DNA from: Vicinamibacteria bacterium
Lineage (GTDB): Bacteria > Acidobacteriota > Vicinamibacteria > Marinacidobacterales > Marinacidobacteraceae
DNA: 64,000 bases
Direction: 5' to 3'
NCBI GenBank assembly: GCA_963555995.3
Contig: OY821641.1
Coordinates: 2,368,001 to 2,432,000 of the forward strand
In this document: positions 48,672 through 58,562 of the stretch, in pieces
Position numbering within the stretch: the first letter of the stretch is position 1
Layout of the letters: the number at the start of each line of letters is the position of its first letter
The notes under the pieces: generated by a model
Told to the model about the DNA's origin: nothing
Seen by the model: only the letters and a program-made list of their open reading frames with translations
The model's database searches: none
Position numbers and translations under genes: made by a program

Positions 48672-49763
48672 GTGGCTCTAAACACAAAATCGATTGTCCT
48701 CATTTCGGTGGGCGTCGCTTTGATGCTCCTGATCGGATTGGTCATCTCGCCCGCTCCCCCTCTTCGCGGGGGACTCCCCAACTACATCGACATGCTGCAG
48801 GCCATGCGGGCCTTCGGCAAGGCGAACGAAGCCTACGGGAGAAGGGAATACGAAGATGCGATCCGCTACTACCAGGAAGCCACCGAGAACGCGCCCGCGG
48901 ACAATCCCCTCATCCAGACGACGCTGCATTTCTTCAGCGCCAGCAGCAACCACCTGCTCTACAGCCCGACGACCTTCGATGATCCGCAGAACGAGGAATA
49001 CCTCGACAACGCGCTCGACGGTTACGAGGACACCATCGCCGCCGTTGAAGAGGCGCTCGCGGACCCGGGCCTGGACCAGGCGTCAAGGGACAGCATTCAG
49101 CTCTACGAACGCTACGCCTCGGAACAGCTTGCCGGCATCCACCGCGACCACCTCGACGATCTCGAAGGAGCGGAGTACTACTTCAACCGTCTGATCGAAA
49201 TGAATCCGGGCACTCCGGAGCTGTACTACGGCTTGGCCGACGTGTACGAGCGTTTCCACGATCCCGAGGTGAACCCGCTTTTCGAGAAGGCCATCGAGGC
49301 GTACAAGGTTCCCGTGGAAATGAATCCCGACGATCCGATCGCCTACCGGCAGGTGGCCAACCTGTTCAACAAGTACGGCCGTTTCGACGAGACGATGGAG
49401 TGGCTCGAACAGGCTCGCGACGTGAACCCCGACAACCCGGAGGGGTACTACCTGATCGCGACCTACTACTGGGACAAGGTCTATCGGGACCCCGACCTGA
49501 CCGAGCGGCAGCGTCGCGAGTTCATTGATCTCGGATTGGTGCAGCTCGACGAGGCGCTGGTCCGGAACGACGAATACGTGGACGCGCTCGTCTACAAGAA
49601 CCTGCTCCTGCGGGAACTGGCGAAGGTCGACCCGCGCAACGCGGCCGCCCTGACGGCCGAAGCCGATGAGTACCGGAGCCGGGCGATCGAGATCCGGGAC
49701 CGGTTGGCGGAGGCAGCGGCCGCCGCTGCTGCTGCCGCTGCGGAGGCTGCCCAGGAACGCTAG
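48672..49763 (+). CDS. Membrane-anchored TPR-repeat protein
   Basis: N-terminal hydrophobic anchor; repeated A...Y...NP.. TPR helices; YVDALVYKNLLLRE. Confidence 0.8.
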   Translation: MALNTKSIVLISVGVALMLLIGLVISPAPPLRGGLPNYIDMLQAMRAFGKANEAYGRREYEDAIRYYQEATENAPADNPLIQTTLHFFSASSNHLLYSPTTFDDPQNEEYLDNALDGYEDTIAAVEEALADPGLDQASRDSIQLYERYASEQLAGIHRDHLDDLEGAEYYFNRLIEMNPGTPELYYGLADVYERFHDPEVNPLFEKAIEAYKVPVEMNPDDPIAYRQVANLFNKYGRFDETMEWLEQARDVNPDNPEGYYLIATYYWDKVYRDPDLTERQRREFIDLGLVQLDEALVRNDEYVDALVYKNLLLRELAKVDPRNAAALTAEADEYRSRAIEIRDRLAEAAAAAAAAAAEAAQER

Positions 49764-49799
49764 ACCAGCGCATTCCCCCAGGGAAACCAGGACATCAGG

Positions 49800-49842
49800 C
49801 CCCGTCGGCCGCGCGCTTCGGCCGCGGCCGGCGGGGTTTTTT
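49800..49842 (+). terminator. Intrinsic terminator
   Basis: CCCCGTCGGCCGCG-loop-CGCGGCCGGCGGGG followed by TTTTTT. Confidence 0.85.
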
Positions 49843-49920
49843 GCTTCCGATCCGGACCACGCCGCGGAATGGACTGCTAGGGTAAGGCGGGACTAGGGTA
49901 AAGCGGGAGACCGGCGAGCG

Positions 49921-52092
49921 ATGATTCGGTTCGAGACGATTCGCGACCGGGTCCGCGCATACCAGCCCGACGCCGATTTCGACCTGCTCCGCGCGGCCTA
50001 CGTGGTGGCCGCCCAAGCGCATCAGGGGCAGGTCCGTCTCTCGGGTGAGCCCTATCTCAACCATCCGCTCGAGGTCGCCGGGATCCTCGCGGACCTCAAG
50101 CTCGACATCGTCTCCGTCGCTTGCGGCCTCCTCCACGACGTGGTCGAGGACACCAAGGTCACGAACGAAGACCTCGAGCGCCGGTTCGGCCGGGACGTGA
50201 GCCGGGTGATAGACGGTCTCACCAAATTGAGCCGCGTGGAGTTCAGTTCCGCCGAAGCCAATCAGGCGGAAAACGTCCGCAAGATGATCATCGCGATGAC
50301 CGACGACACCAGGGTCATCCTCATCAAGCTCGCCGATCGGCTGCACAACATGCGGACGCTTGACTTTCTCCGGGAGGAGAAAAGGCAGCGGATCGCCACC
50401 GAGACCCTGGACGTCTACGCTCCGATCGCGGGACGGCTTGGAATCGGGCGGATCGAGGCCGAGCTCCAGGACCTGTCGCTGCGTCACCTCGAACCCCAGA
50501 CCTACAAGGTCCTCGAGGCCCGGGTCAAGGCCAAGAAACGGTGGGCCGAAGACTTCATTCGTGATCTCAGCCGGACGCTGAAGCGCGAGCTGCAGGCGGA
50601 GGAGATCCCGGGGGACTTGTCCGGCCGCACCAAGAGCATCTATTCCATCTATCGCAAGATGCATCGGCAGCAGATCGAGCTCGACCAGATGTACGACTTC
50701 ATCGCCCTGCGGCTGGTAACCGACACGGTGCCCCACTGCTACACGGCGCTAGGGGTGATTCACAACGTCTGGAAGCCCATTCCGGGACGGATCAAGGACT
50801 TCATCGCGATGCCGCGCGTCAACGGCTACCAGTCCCTCCATACGAGCCTGATGACCGAGTCGGGGACACATTTCGAAGTCCAGATTCGCACCACGGACAT
50901 GCATCGGGTGGCCGAAGAGGGCATCGCCGCCCACTGGAGCTACAAGTCTTCCGGCAGCTACGGAGAACAGGACATCAAGCGCTTCGCCTGGCTGCGCCAG
51001 GTTCTCGAATGGCAGAAGGAAGTCAAGGACCCCCACGAGTTCCTGAGCAGCCTGAAGATTGATCTCTATCCCGACGAGGTCCACTGCTTCACCCCGCGCG
51101 GCGAAGTCAAGTCGCTGCCCCGGGGGGCGACACCGATTGATTTCGCCTACGCCATCCACACGGAAGTCGGGCACGGCTGCATCGGAGCACGGGTCAACGG
51201 GGCCATGGCGCCCCTGAAGTACCAACTGCGGAACGGCGACATCTGCGAAATCCTCACCCGCAAGAACCATCTACCGAGCGAGGACTGGCTCAAGATTGCC
51301 CGCACGAACCGTGCGAAGAGCAAGATCCGGGCGCGGCTGAACGTCGAGGCCAAGCGGGAGAGCATCGAGATCGGCCGAAAGCTGCTGGAGAAGGAAGCAC
51401 GGTCCCACGGTCTGAGCCTGCGGCGGGTCCGCTCCGCTCCGGGGCTCGCCGATGCGATGAAGCGCCACGGGGCTCCGAACCTGGACGACCTCTTCGCCGC
51501 GATCGGCTACGGCAAGGTTTCGGCTGCCCGCGCGTTGGCCGACGCCGTCCCCGCAGACCAGCTCAAGCGCACGCCCGAGAAGGAACCCACTTCGGAGTCG
51601 GGGTTCGCGGGCGCCGTCCGACGCATCATCGGGCGCGATCCGGGACAGATTCTCGTGAGCGGCCAGAACGACATTCTGGTGCACCGCGCCCGGTGCTGTT
51701 CGCCGCTACCGGGCGAAGCGATCTCCGGATACATCACGAAGGGGAAGGGCGTCGCCGTCCACGCGGCCAAGTGCCGGCACCTCGCGGACCTCGCGCGGGA
51801 TCCGGAACGTCAGGTCGCCGTGTCCTGGAAGTCCACCACCGGAACCCGGTATGACGCCGGCTTCCTGGTGCGGGTCGAGAACCGCAAGGGAATGCTCGCG
51901 GACATCACCAAGATCATCGCCGAAGCGGACACCGATATCCGGGCCTTCGAGGGCGCCGCCGACGATGCGGAACGCGGCGACATCTACGTGACCGTTGCCG
52001 TGGAGAACGCCAAGGAAGTCGGGGCCATCTCCCGACTGCTCCAGACGGTCCCCGGTGTGATCGAGGTCCAGCGCGGCTCTCGATCCCGCTAG
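49921..52092 (+). CDS. rel: Bifunctional (p)ppGpp synthetase/hydrolase (long RSH)
   Basis: R.SGEPY..HP, LLHDVVED, KLADRLHNMRTL, NGYQSLHT, EVQIRT, TGS domain, CC.PLPG, ACT domain. Confidence 0.95.
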   Translation: MIRFETIRDRVRAYQPDADFDLLRAAYVVAAQAHQGQVRLSGEPYLNHPLEVAGILADLKLDIVSVACGLLHDVVEDTKVTNEDLERRFGRDVSRVIDGLTKLSRVEFSSAEANQAENVRKMIIAMTDDTRVILIKLADRLHNMRTLDFLREEKRQRIATETLDVYAPIAGRLGIGRIEAELQDLSLRHLEPQTYKVLEARVKAKKRWAEDFIRDLSRTLKRELQAEEIPGDLSGRTKSIYSIYRKMHRQQIELDQMYDFIALRLVTDTVPHCYTALGVIHNVWKPIPGRIKDFIAMPRVNGYQSLHTSLMTESGTHFEVQIRTTDMHRVAEEGIAAHWSYKSSGSYGEQDIKRFAWLRQVLEWQKEVKDPHEFLSSLKIDLYPDEVHCFTPRGEVKSLPRGATPIDFAYAIHTEVGHGCIGARVNGAMAPLKYQLRNGDICEILTRKNHLPSEDWLKIARTNRAKSKIRARLNVEAKRESIEIGRKLLEKEARSHGLSLRRVRSAPGLADAMKRHGAPNLDDLFAAIGYGKVSAARALADAVPADQLKRTPEKEPTSESGFAGAVRRIIGRDPGQILVSGQNDILVHRARCCSPLPGEAISGYITKGKGVAVHAAKCRHLADLARDPERQVAVSWKSTTGTRYDAGFLVRVENRKGMLADITKIIAEADTDIRAFEGAADDAERGDIYVTVAVENAKEVGAISRLLQTVPGVIEVQRGSRSR

Positions 52093-52160
52093 GTCGAGCG
52101 TTCCGGGGCCGGGGCTGCCGCCAAGCCGAAGGGCCGGGGCGTGGACCGGACCGGGCGGCC

Positions 52161-53594
52161 TCAGCCGACCGGAGTCGGCGCGTCTTCCTGTTGTTTGGCG
52201 AGCCGGCGCAGGAGGTGATGGCTGTAGATCCCGGTCTCGTGGCCGTCGTTCCAGTGGATCTGCACACCGTAGTTGCCGACGGGAACGAGCTTCCGGGGCG
52301 CGAAATTGGTGGGCAGCAGCAGAGTCAGGGATCGACGCTTCCCGCTCCACTCGTCCACGCAGGTTGCGCACGGGCAGTGGTTGCGGAGGTATTCGAAGCC
52401 GAGGCGATCCTCCCGTCCTTCGTGCCAGCGCACGACCACCGCGTCGCCTTCCACCCGGACGGCTTCGGCGAGTCCGCTGCGCTCGGTCTGGTTGGTGCGG
52501 GCGACCTCGAGTGCGACCCTGCGGGCAATTTCCCGATAGACGGCGGCCGCGGAGCTCTCCGGATCGCGAACCACCGTGGGCGTTCCCTCGTCTCCCGCGG
52601 CCACCACCCGCGGATCGAGCGGCACACCTCCCAGGAAGGGAAGGCCGAGGTCACGCGCCACCTCTTCGCCCCCGCCGGTCGAAAAGATGTTCGTCCGCTC
52701 CCCACAGTGAGGACACGCGAACGAGTTCATGTTTTCGATCACACCAAGAACCGGCACCCGAACCGGCTGGAACATCCGAAGACCCTTCTCGGCAATCGTT
52801 CGCGCGACCGCCTGCGGGGTGGTCACGATCACCGCGCCGGCCAGCGCCGCGGTCTGGGCGATCGTGAGCTGGACATCCCCCGTTCCCGGCGGGAGGTCCA
52901 CCAGCAGGTAGTCGAGCTCTCCCCAGACCACTCCCGAAAAGAACTGCTGGACGAGTCGCGAGGCCATCGGCCCGCGCCAGATCACCGGGGTCTCCCTGGT
53001 GGACAGCATCCCCATGGAGATGAAGCGCACACCGTGGGCTTCATGCGGCAGCAGCCGGCGATGCTCGTCCGTCGCCGGACGGTCGTCCATCCCGAACATG
53101 GTGGTCTGCGACGGTCCATACACGTCGGCGTCCAGCAGGCCGACGCGCGCACCATCCGCCGCCAGGGCGACCGCCAGGTTCGCGGAGACCGTGCTCTTGC
53201 CCACCCCCCCCTTGCCCGAGGCGATGGCCACCACGTTCTGGACACCGTCGGGTTTCGTCGGGTCCGGCATCGGAGCCCGGGGCCCCGCGGGACCCGAAGC
53301 CGGGCCGGCGGCCGCCTGGACCCGGGAGGTCGGGGAGGCGCTTACTTCGGTCCGGATCGAGACCTCCGCCCGCTGGATCCCCGGCAACCGGAGAAGAGCC
53401 TCGCGGACCTGCTCCCGGATCTCCTCGCCGACCCCACTCCCGACGTTCGGCAGGATCACCGCGACGCTGACGAGGGGCCGGCAGATGCGGATGTCCGCGA
53501 CCTGTCCCAGGGACACGATGCTCTCATCGCCGAGTTCCCGGTTCCGGATGGGAGTGAGGGTTTCCAGAACCTGCTTCGGGTCGAGTTGGGACAT
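52161..53594 (-). CDS. mrp: Mrp/ApbC Fe-S carrier ATPase with N-terminal DUF59 and C-terminal DUF971 domains
   Basis: SGKGGVGKST, DADVYGPS, WRGPM, DLPPGTGD, ENM..F.CPHC; C-terminal LRNHCPCATC...VGNYG..I.WNDGH.TGIYS. Confidence 0.9.
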   Translation of the reverse strand: MSQLDPKQVLETLTPIRNRELGDESIVSLGQVADIRICRPLVSVAVILPNVGSGVGEEIREQVREALLRLPGIQRAEVSIRTEVSASPTSRVQAAAGPASGPAGPRAPMPDPTKPDGVQNVVAIASGKGGVGKSTVSANLAVALAADGARVGLLDADVYGPSQTTMFGMDDRPATDEHRRLLPHEAHGVRFISMGMLSTRETPVIWRGPMASRLVQQFFSGVVWGELDYLLVDLPPGTGDVQLTIAQTAALAGAVIVTTPQAVARTIAEKGLRMFQPVRVPVLGVIENMNSFACPHCGERTNIFSTGGGEEVARDLGLPFLGGVPLDPRVVAAGDEGTPTVVRDPESSAAAVYREIARRVALEVARTNQTERSGLAEAVRVEGDAVVVRWHEGREDRLGFEYLRNHCPCATCVDEWSGKRRSLTLLLPTNFAPRKLVPVGNYGVQIHWNDGHETGIYSHHLLRRLAKQQEDAPTPVG

Positions 53595-53804
53595 GCGAGA
53601 AGGAAGAGTCCTGAGGGGCGCCCCACCAGCGGCGCGGTGGGAAGCGCTTAGGATAGCCGTCGGGATGGGCGGGACGGCGCTCCGGTGGGACGAAGGACCG
53701 GATGGCCGTACGGCGTCCTCCCCTTACAATCGGTTCAGCCCGACGCCGTCCAGAGGATCCCGATCAGGGACCCGGGGGCGCCGGAAATCACAAGGAGGCC
53801 AATC

Positions 53805-56144
53805 GTGAACACCCGCCTCGCCCCTCGCTACGAGCTGGCGTTGACGGCCGCCCTCGCTCTCCTTTTCTCCAGCGCCGTCTCGGCGCCGGCGAGCGGCGCA
53901 ACGCAAGAGCAAGCGGGACAGGAAGAAGTCGAGGAGCAACAGGAGGAAGCGGAAGAAACACGCGAACCGGCGGACATCATCCCGCGCTTTACGGACCAGG
54001 TGGTGGTATCGGCATCACGGGTCGAACAGGAGATCGTCAACGCGCCGGCCGCGATCGCGGTGATCCCCACCGAAGTCATCGAGACCCAGGCGGCCAACAA
54101 CTTCGGAGACCTGCTGCGCCAGGCCCCGGGGGTCAACGTGACCCAGCTCTCCAGTACGCACTACAGCGTCACCAGCCGCGGCTCATCCGCCGCGCTGGCT
54201 ACCTCCCAACTTGTCCTCGTGGACGGCCGTTCGGTCTATCAGGACTTTTTCGGATTCACCGGTTGGGACTTTCTCTCGGTGGGACTGGACGACCTGGAGC
54301 GGATCGAGGTGGTGAACGGACCGGCGTCCGCGATCTGGGGCGCGAACGCCATGAGCGGGGTGGTGAACCTGATCACCAGGGCGCCGCGGGACGATCCGGG
54401 AACGACGCTGAATCTCCGGTTCGGTTCGTTCGATCGCAACGTCACCGGCAGCCCGATGGATCCGGGAAGCCAGCTCATGGGATCCCTGACCCACGCGCAG
54501 GCGCTGACCGACCGCTTCGCCTACCGTGCGACCGTGAGCTTCACCCACCTGGACCCGCTCCCGCGGCCGTACGGCGAGATCCCGAACGGTACCGGCACCC
54601 TCTACCCCCCGCTGGAAGGCGTGACCTCCCGGATGCCCAAGCTGGATTTCCGGGCCGACTGGGACTCGCCCGACGGCCAGGGCGGGTTCCGGTTCTCGGG
54701 CGGCTATGGAGGGAGCCAGGGAATCCTCCACTCCGGGATCGGCCCTTTCACGGTGCAGCCGGGGGCGAACATGTCCTACGGCCGGGTTCAGTACATGCGC
54801 GGCTCCATGGAAATCGGGGCCTTCTTCAACCGGACCGCCGCCGACTTCAACTCGCTGCTTTCCCGAACCCCCACGGGGGAACTGCTCGACGGCCGGATCA
54901 ACACCAGCACCTACGACGTCAGCTTCCGGGACACGAGGTTCCTGGGCGGACGCCATCTCTTCAGCTACGGCGCGAGCGCCCGCTTCGTCACGCTTGACTT
55001 CACCCTCGCCCCGCTCGGAGACGGACGCAGCGAACAGGGGTTCTACGTCAACGACGAGGTCTTCCTCAGCGACCGCTGGCGCTGGATCGTAGGAACCCGC
55101 GCGGACCGGATCAGCATCTTCGACAAGATCGTGCTGTCCCCCCGGACCACCCTCATCTTCAAGCCGACTCCCACCCAGTCCTTCCGCGTGTCCTACAACC
55201 GCGCGTTCCGCGCCCCGTCGCTCAGCAACACGTTCATCGCCACGACGATCGGCGAGCCGGCCGTCTTCGATCTCCGTCCCGTGTTCCGGGGCTTCTTCGG
55301 TGCGCTGAGCGTCCCGGATTCGGCGCTGCCGGCCCCGGTCAGCTACACGATCCCCATCGGCGTGGTCGGGAACCCCGACCTGGTCCAGGAGACCCTGACC
55401 GCCTACGAAATGGGCTGGTCGGGCGCGCTCAACGACTGGCTGGGGGCGAGCGCGGCCGTCTATCTCAACGACATGCGGGACAGCATTGACTTCACCGATA
55501 CCGCCTTCTGGTCCGGCGAGAACCCTCCTCCCGGATGGAACGAGGCGTTCGCCGAAGTCGGAGATTTCATCGGCCGGCTGGCCGGCGCGCTGCCTCCGGG
55601 GGCCCTGCCACCGGAGATCGGGGCGGTCGCGGCGAATCCAGCCGTCCTGATCGACGTCCTCGGCACGCTTGGCGGCGTCCAGTTCCCCGCCGCGTTCAGC
55701 TACGTCAACCGCGTGTCGGTCCGGAACGCGGGGATCGAGCTCGGGCTCACGGGACGCCGCGGGGACTTCGGAGGCTTCCTCAACTACTCGTGGCAGGCCG
55801 AACCGGTGGTGGAGGGGTTCGGTGAGGAGGACGCCGACGAGATCAGCATCCCCGCGGCGCACCGCATCAATGCCGGCCTCGACGCCGGGTTCGGGGCCGT
55901 GAACCTCGGGCTGTCCCTGAACCACACCGACCGGGCCTACTGGACCGATGTCCTCACGGCGGAGTACTACGGCTGGACCGAAGCCTTCACCATGGTGAAC
56001 GCCACGCTGGCGGTGGACCTGATGGAGGGCCGTTTCCAGCCCTCCGTACGGCTGATCAACGTCCTCAACCAGGAGATCCAGAACCACATCTTCGGCGACG
56101 TGCTGCGACGCCAGGTCATCGGAGGATTACGCTACCGTTTCTGA
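53805..56144 (+). CDS. TonB-dependent receptor 1
   Basis: Signal peptide, DQVVVSASR TonB box, LVLVDGR, ERIEVVNGPASAIWGANAMSGVVNLIT plug, C-terminal YRF; CAAGGAGG RBS. Confidence 0.92.
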   Translation: MNTRLAPRYELALTAALALLFSSAVSAPASGATQEQAGQEEVEEQQEEAEETREPADIIPRFTDQVVVSASRVEQEIVNAPAAIAVIPTEVIETQAANNFGDLLRQAPGVNVTQLSSTHYSVTSRGSSAALATSQLVLVDGRSVYQDFFGFTGWDFLSVGLDDLERIEVVNGPASAIWGANAMSGVVNLITRAPRDDPGTTLNLRFGSFDRNVTGSPMDPGSQLMGSLTHAQALTDRFAYRATVSFTHLDPLPRPYGEIPNGTGTLYPPLEGVTSRMPKLDFRADWDSPDGQGGFRFSGGYGGSQGILHSGIGPFTVQPGANMSYGRVQYMRGSMEIGAFFNRTAADFNSLLSRTPTGELLDGRINTSTYDVSFRDTRFLGGRHLFSYGASARFVTLDFTLAPLGDGRSEQGFYVNDEVFLSDRWRWIVGTRADRISIFDKIVLSPRTTLIFKPTPTQSFRVSYNRAFRAPSLSNTFIATTIGEPAVFDLRPVFRGFFGALSVPDSALPAPVSYTIPIGVVGNPDLVQETLTAYEMGWSGALNDWLGASAAVYLNDMRDSIDFTDTAFWSGENPPPGWNEAFAEVGDFIGRLAGALPPGALPPEIGAVAANPAVLIDVLGTLGGVQFPAAFSYVNRVSVRNAGIELGLTGRRGDFGGFLNYSWQAEPVVEGFGEEDADEISIPAAHRINAGLDAGFGAVNLGLSLNHTDRAYWTDVLTAEYYGWTEAFTMVNATLAVDLMEGRFQPSVRLINVLNQEIQNHIFGDVLRRQVIGGLRYRF

Positions 56145-56166
56145 TCCGGGCAAGGAGGCCCAAACG

Positions 56167-58503
56167 ATGAACGTCAGCGCCATCCTCCGCAACCATTTGC
56201 TGTCCTTCGGGGCCGCCCTCACCTTCCTGCTGGTCCAGTCCGACGCCGCGGGCGCCACGCTTCAGCAGGAACAGGATCCGGCCCAGGAAACGGAACAGGA
56301 AGAGCGCGAGGACGAGACGGCCGATCCTGCCGACATCATTCCGCGCTTCACCGACCAGGTCGTGGTGTCGGCCTCCCGGGTGGAGCAGGAGATCGTCAAC
56401 GCCCCGGCCGCGATCGCGGTGATTTCCACCGAGACGATCGAGACCACGCCGGCCAGCAACTTCGGCGACCTGCTCCGCCAGGCCCCGGGCGTCAACGTCA
56501 CCCAGCTCTCGAACACCAACTACAGCGTCACCAGCCGCGGCTCCTCCGGGGCTCTCGCCACCGCCCAGCTCGTCCTGGTGGATGGCCGTTCCGTCTATCA
56601 GGACTTCTTCGGCTTCACCAGTTGGGACTTCATCTCGGTGGGGCTCGACGACCTCGAGCGGGTCGAGGTGGTCAACGGGCCGGCTTCGGCGGTCTGGGGC
56701 GCGAACGCGATGAGCGGCGTGGTGAACCTGATCACCAAGGCGCCGCGGGACAACCAGGGAACCACACTGGACCTCCGGTTCGGGGCCTTCGACCGCAACG
56801 TCACCGGCAACCCGATGGACACCGGCAGCCAGTTCATGGGCTCGCTGACCCACGCGCAGGCGGTGAACGACCGCTTCGCCTACCGCGCGACCGTGAGCTT
56901 CACCCGCCAGGACGCCCTCCCCCGCCCGTTCGGCGAGATTCCGAACGAGACCGGCACGCTCTATCCCCCCGTCCTGGGAGTGGACGCCCGGATGCCCAAG
57001 GTGGACCTCCGCGCCGACTGGGACGCCCCGGACGGCGAGAGCAGCGTCCGGGTCTCGGGCGGCTACGGGGGCAGCCAGGGAATCCTCCACTCCGGGATCG
57101 GTCCGTTCCACGTCCAGTCGGGAAGCGCCATGTCCTACGGGCGCATCCAGTACCTCCGGGGTTCGATGGAAATCGGCGGCTTCGTGAACCGCACCGCGGT
57201 GCCCTTCAGCTCGATCCTGTCCCAGACCCCCACGGGGCAGTTCCTCGAGGGCAACATGAACTCGACCGCGTACGACATCAGCCTGAAGGACACGCGATTC
57301 CTGGGTGGACGGCATCTGCTCAGCTACGGCGCCAGCGCGCGCTACGTCACCCTCGACTTCACCCTCGCCCCCGCGGGCGACGGCCGCAGCGAGATGGGGG
57401 TCTACGTCAACGACGAGATCTTCCTGAGCGACCGCTGGCGCTGGATCGTGGGAACCCGCGCCGACCGGATGAGCGTGCTGGACCAGATCGTGCTGTCTCC
57501 CCGCACGACCCTCATCTTCAAGCCGACGTCCACCCAGGCCTTCCGCGTGTCCTACAACCGGGCTTTCCGCGCCCCTTCGCTCACCAACTCGTTCCTCGAC
57601 ACGCTCATCGGCCAGCCGGCCGTCTTCGATCTCCGTCCGGTCTTCCGGGGCTTCTTCGGTGCGCTGAGCATTCCGGATTCCGCGTTGCCGGCCCCGGTGG
57701 CCTATACGGTCCCCATCTCCGTCGTGGGCAACACCGCACTGTTGCAGGAGACCCTGACCGCCTACGAGGTGGGCTGGTCGGGGGCGCTGAACGACTGGCT
57801 GGGGGCGAGCGCGGCGGTGTACGTCAACGACATGCGGGACAGCATTGACTTCACCGACGACACCTTCTGGTCCGGCGAGGACCCTCCTCCCGGCTGGAAC
57901 GAGGCGTTCACCGAGGTCGCGGAGTTCATCGGACGGCTGGGAGCCGTCCTTCCTCCCGGCACGCTTCCTCCGTCCATCGGCGTCATCGCCGAGAACCCCG
58001 GATACCTGATTGACGCCCTGGGTGGACTCGCGGGCGTCCAGCTTCCGTCCGCACTCACCTACGTCAACCGGAAATCGGTGCAGAACTCGGGGATCGAGCT
58101 CGGGCTCACCGGCCGCCGCGGCAACGTCGGCGGGTTCCTGAACTACTCGTGGCAGGCCGAACCGGACGTGGAAGGGTTCGGCGAGGAGGACGCCGACGAG
58201 ATCAGCATCCCGGCGGCGCACCGGATCAATGCCGGCATCGACGCGGAGATCGGCGCCTTCGATCTCGGTCTTTCCCTGAACTACACCGATCGCGCCTACT
58301 GGACCGACGTGCTCACGGCCGAGTACCACGGCTGGACGGAGGCCTTCACCCTGGTGAACGCCACGCTGGCGATGAACCTGCTGGAGGGCCGTGTCCAGCC
58401 CTCGGTCCGCGTGATCAACCTCCTGAACCAGGAGATCCAGAACCACGTCTTCGGCGACGTGCTGCGGCGGCAGATCATCGGCGGGTTGCGCTACCGGTTC
58501 TGA
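56167..58503 (+). CDS. TonB-dependent receptor 2 (tandem paralogue)
   Basis: Same motifs, collinear with receptor 1, same CAAGGAGGCC RBS context. Confidence 0.92.
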   Translation: MNVSAILRNHLLSFGAALTFLLVQSDAAGATLQQEQDPAQETEQEEREDETADPADIIPRFTDQVVVSASRVEQEIVNAPAAIAVISTETIETTPASNFGDLLRQAPGVNVTQLSNTNYSVTSRGSSGALATAQLVLVDGRSVYQDFFGFTSWDFISVGLDDLERVEVVNGPASAVWGANAMSGVVNLITKAPRDNQGTTLDLRFGAFDRNVTGNPMDTGSQFMGSLTHAQAVNDRFAYRATVSFTRQDALPRPFGEIPNETGTLYPPVLGVDARMPKVDLRADWDAPDGESSVRVSGGYGGSQGILHSGIGPFHVQSGSAMSYGRIQYLRGSMEIGGFVNRTAVPFSSILSQTPTGQFLEGNMNSTAYDISLKDTRFLGGRHLLSYGASARYVTLDFTLAPAGDGRSEMGVYVNDEIFLSDRWRWIVGTRADRMSVLDQIVLSPRTTLIFKPTSTQAFRVSYNRAFRAPSLTNSFLDTLIGQPAVFDLRPVFRGFFGALSIPDSALPAPVAYTVPISVVGNTALLQETLTAYEVGWSGALNDWLGASAAVYVNDMRDSIDFTDDTFWSGEDPPPGWNEAFTEVAEFIGRLGAVLPPGTLPPSIGVIAENPGYLIDALGGLAGVQLPSALTYVNRKSVQNSGIELGLTGRRGNVGGFLNYSWQAEPDVEGFGEEDADEISIPAAHRINAGIDAEIGAFDLGLSLNYTDRAYWTDVLTAEYHGWTEAFTLVNATLAMNLLEGRVQPSVRVINLLNQEIQNHVFGDVLRRQIIGGLRYRF

Positions 58504-58562
58504 CCGGCGCCCCGCCGGCGGACGGTGCGGGCGGCGCCCGAAGCCGCCCGCGCGGCGAGCGC

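Noticed and set aside
53640-53804. Cobalamin or TPP riboswitch upstream of the TonB-dependent receptors
   Set aside because: No B12-box or TPP consensus is visible, and only about 75 nt separate the TACAAT box from the start codon.
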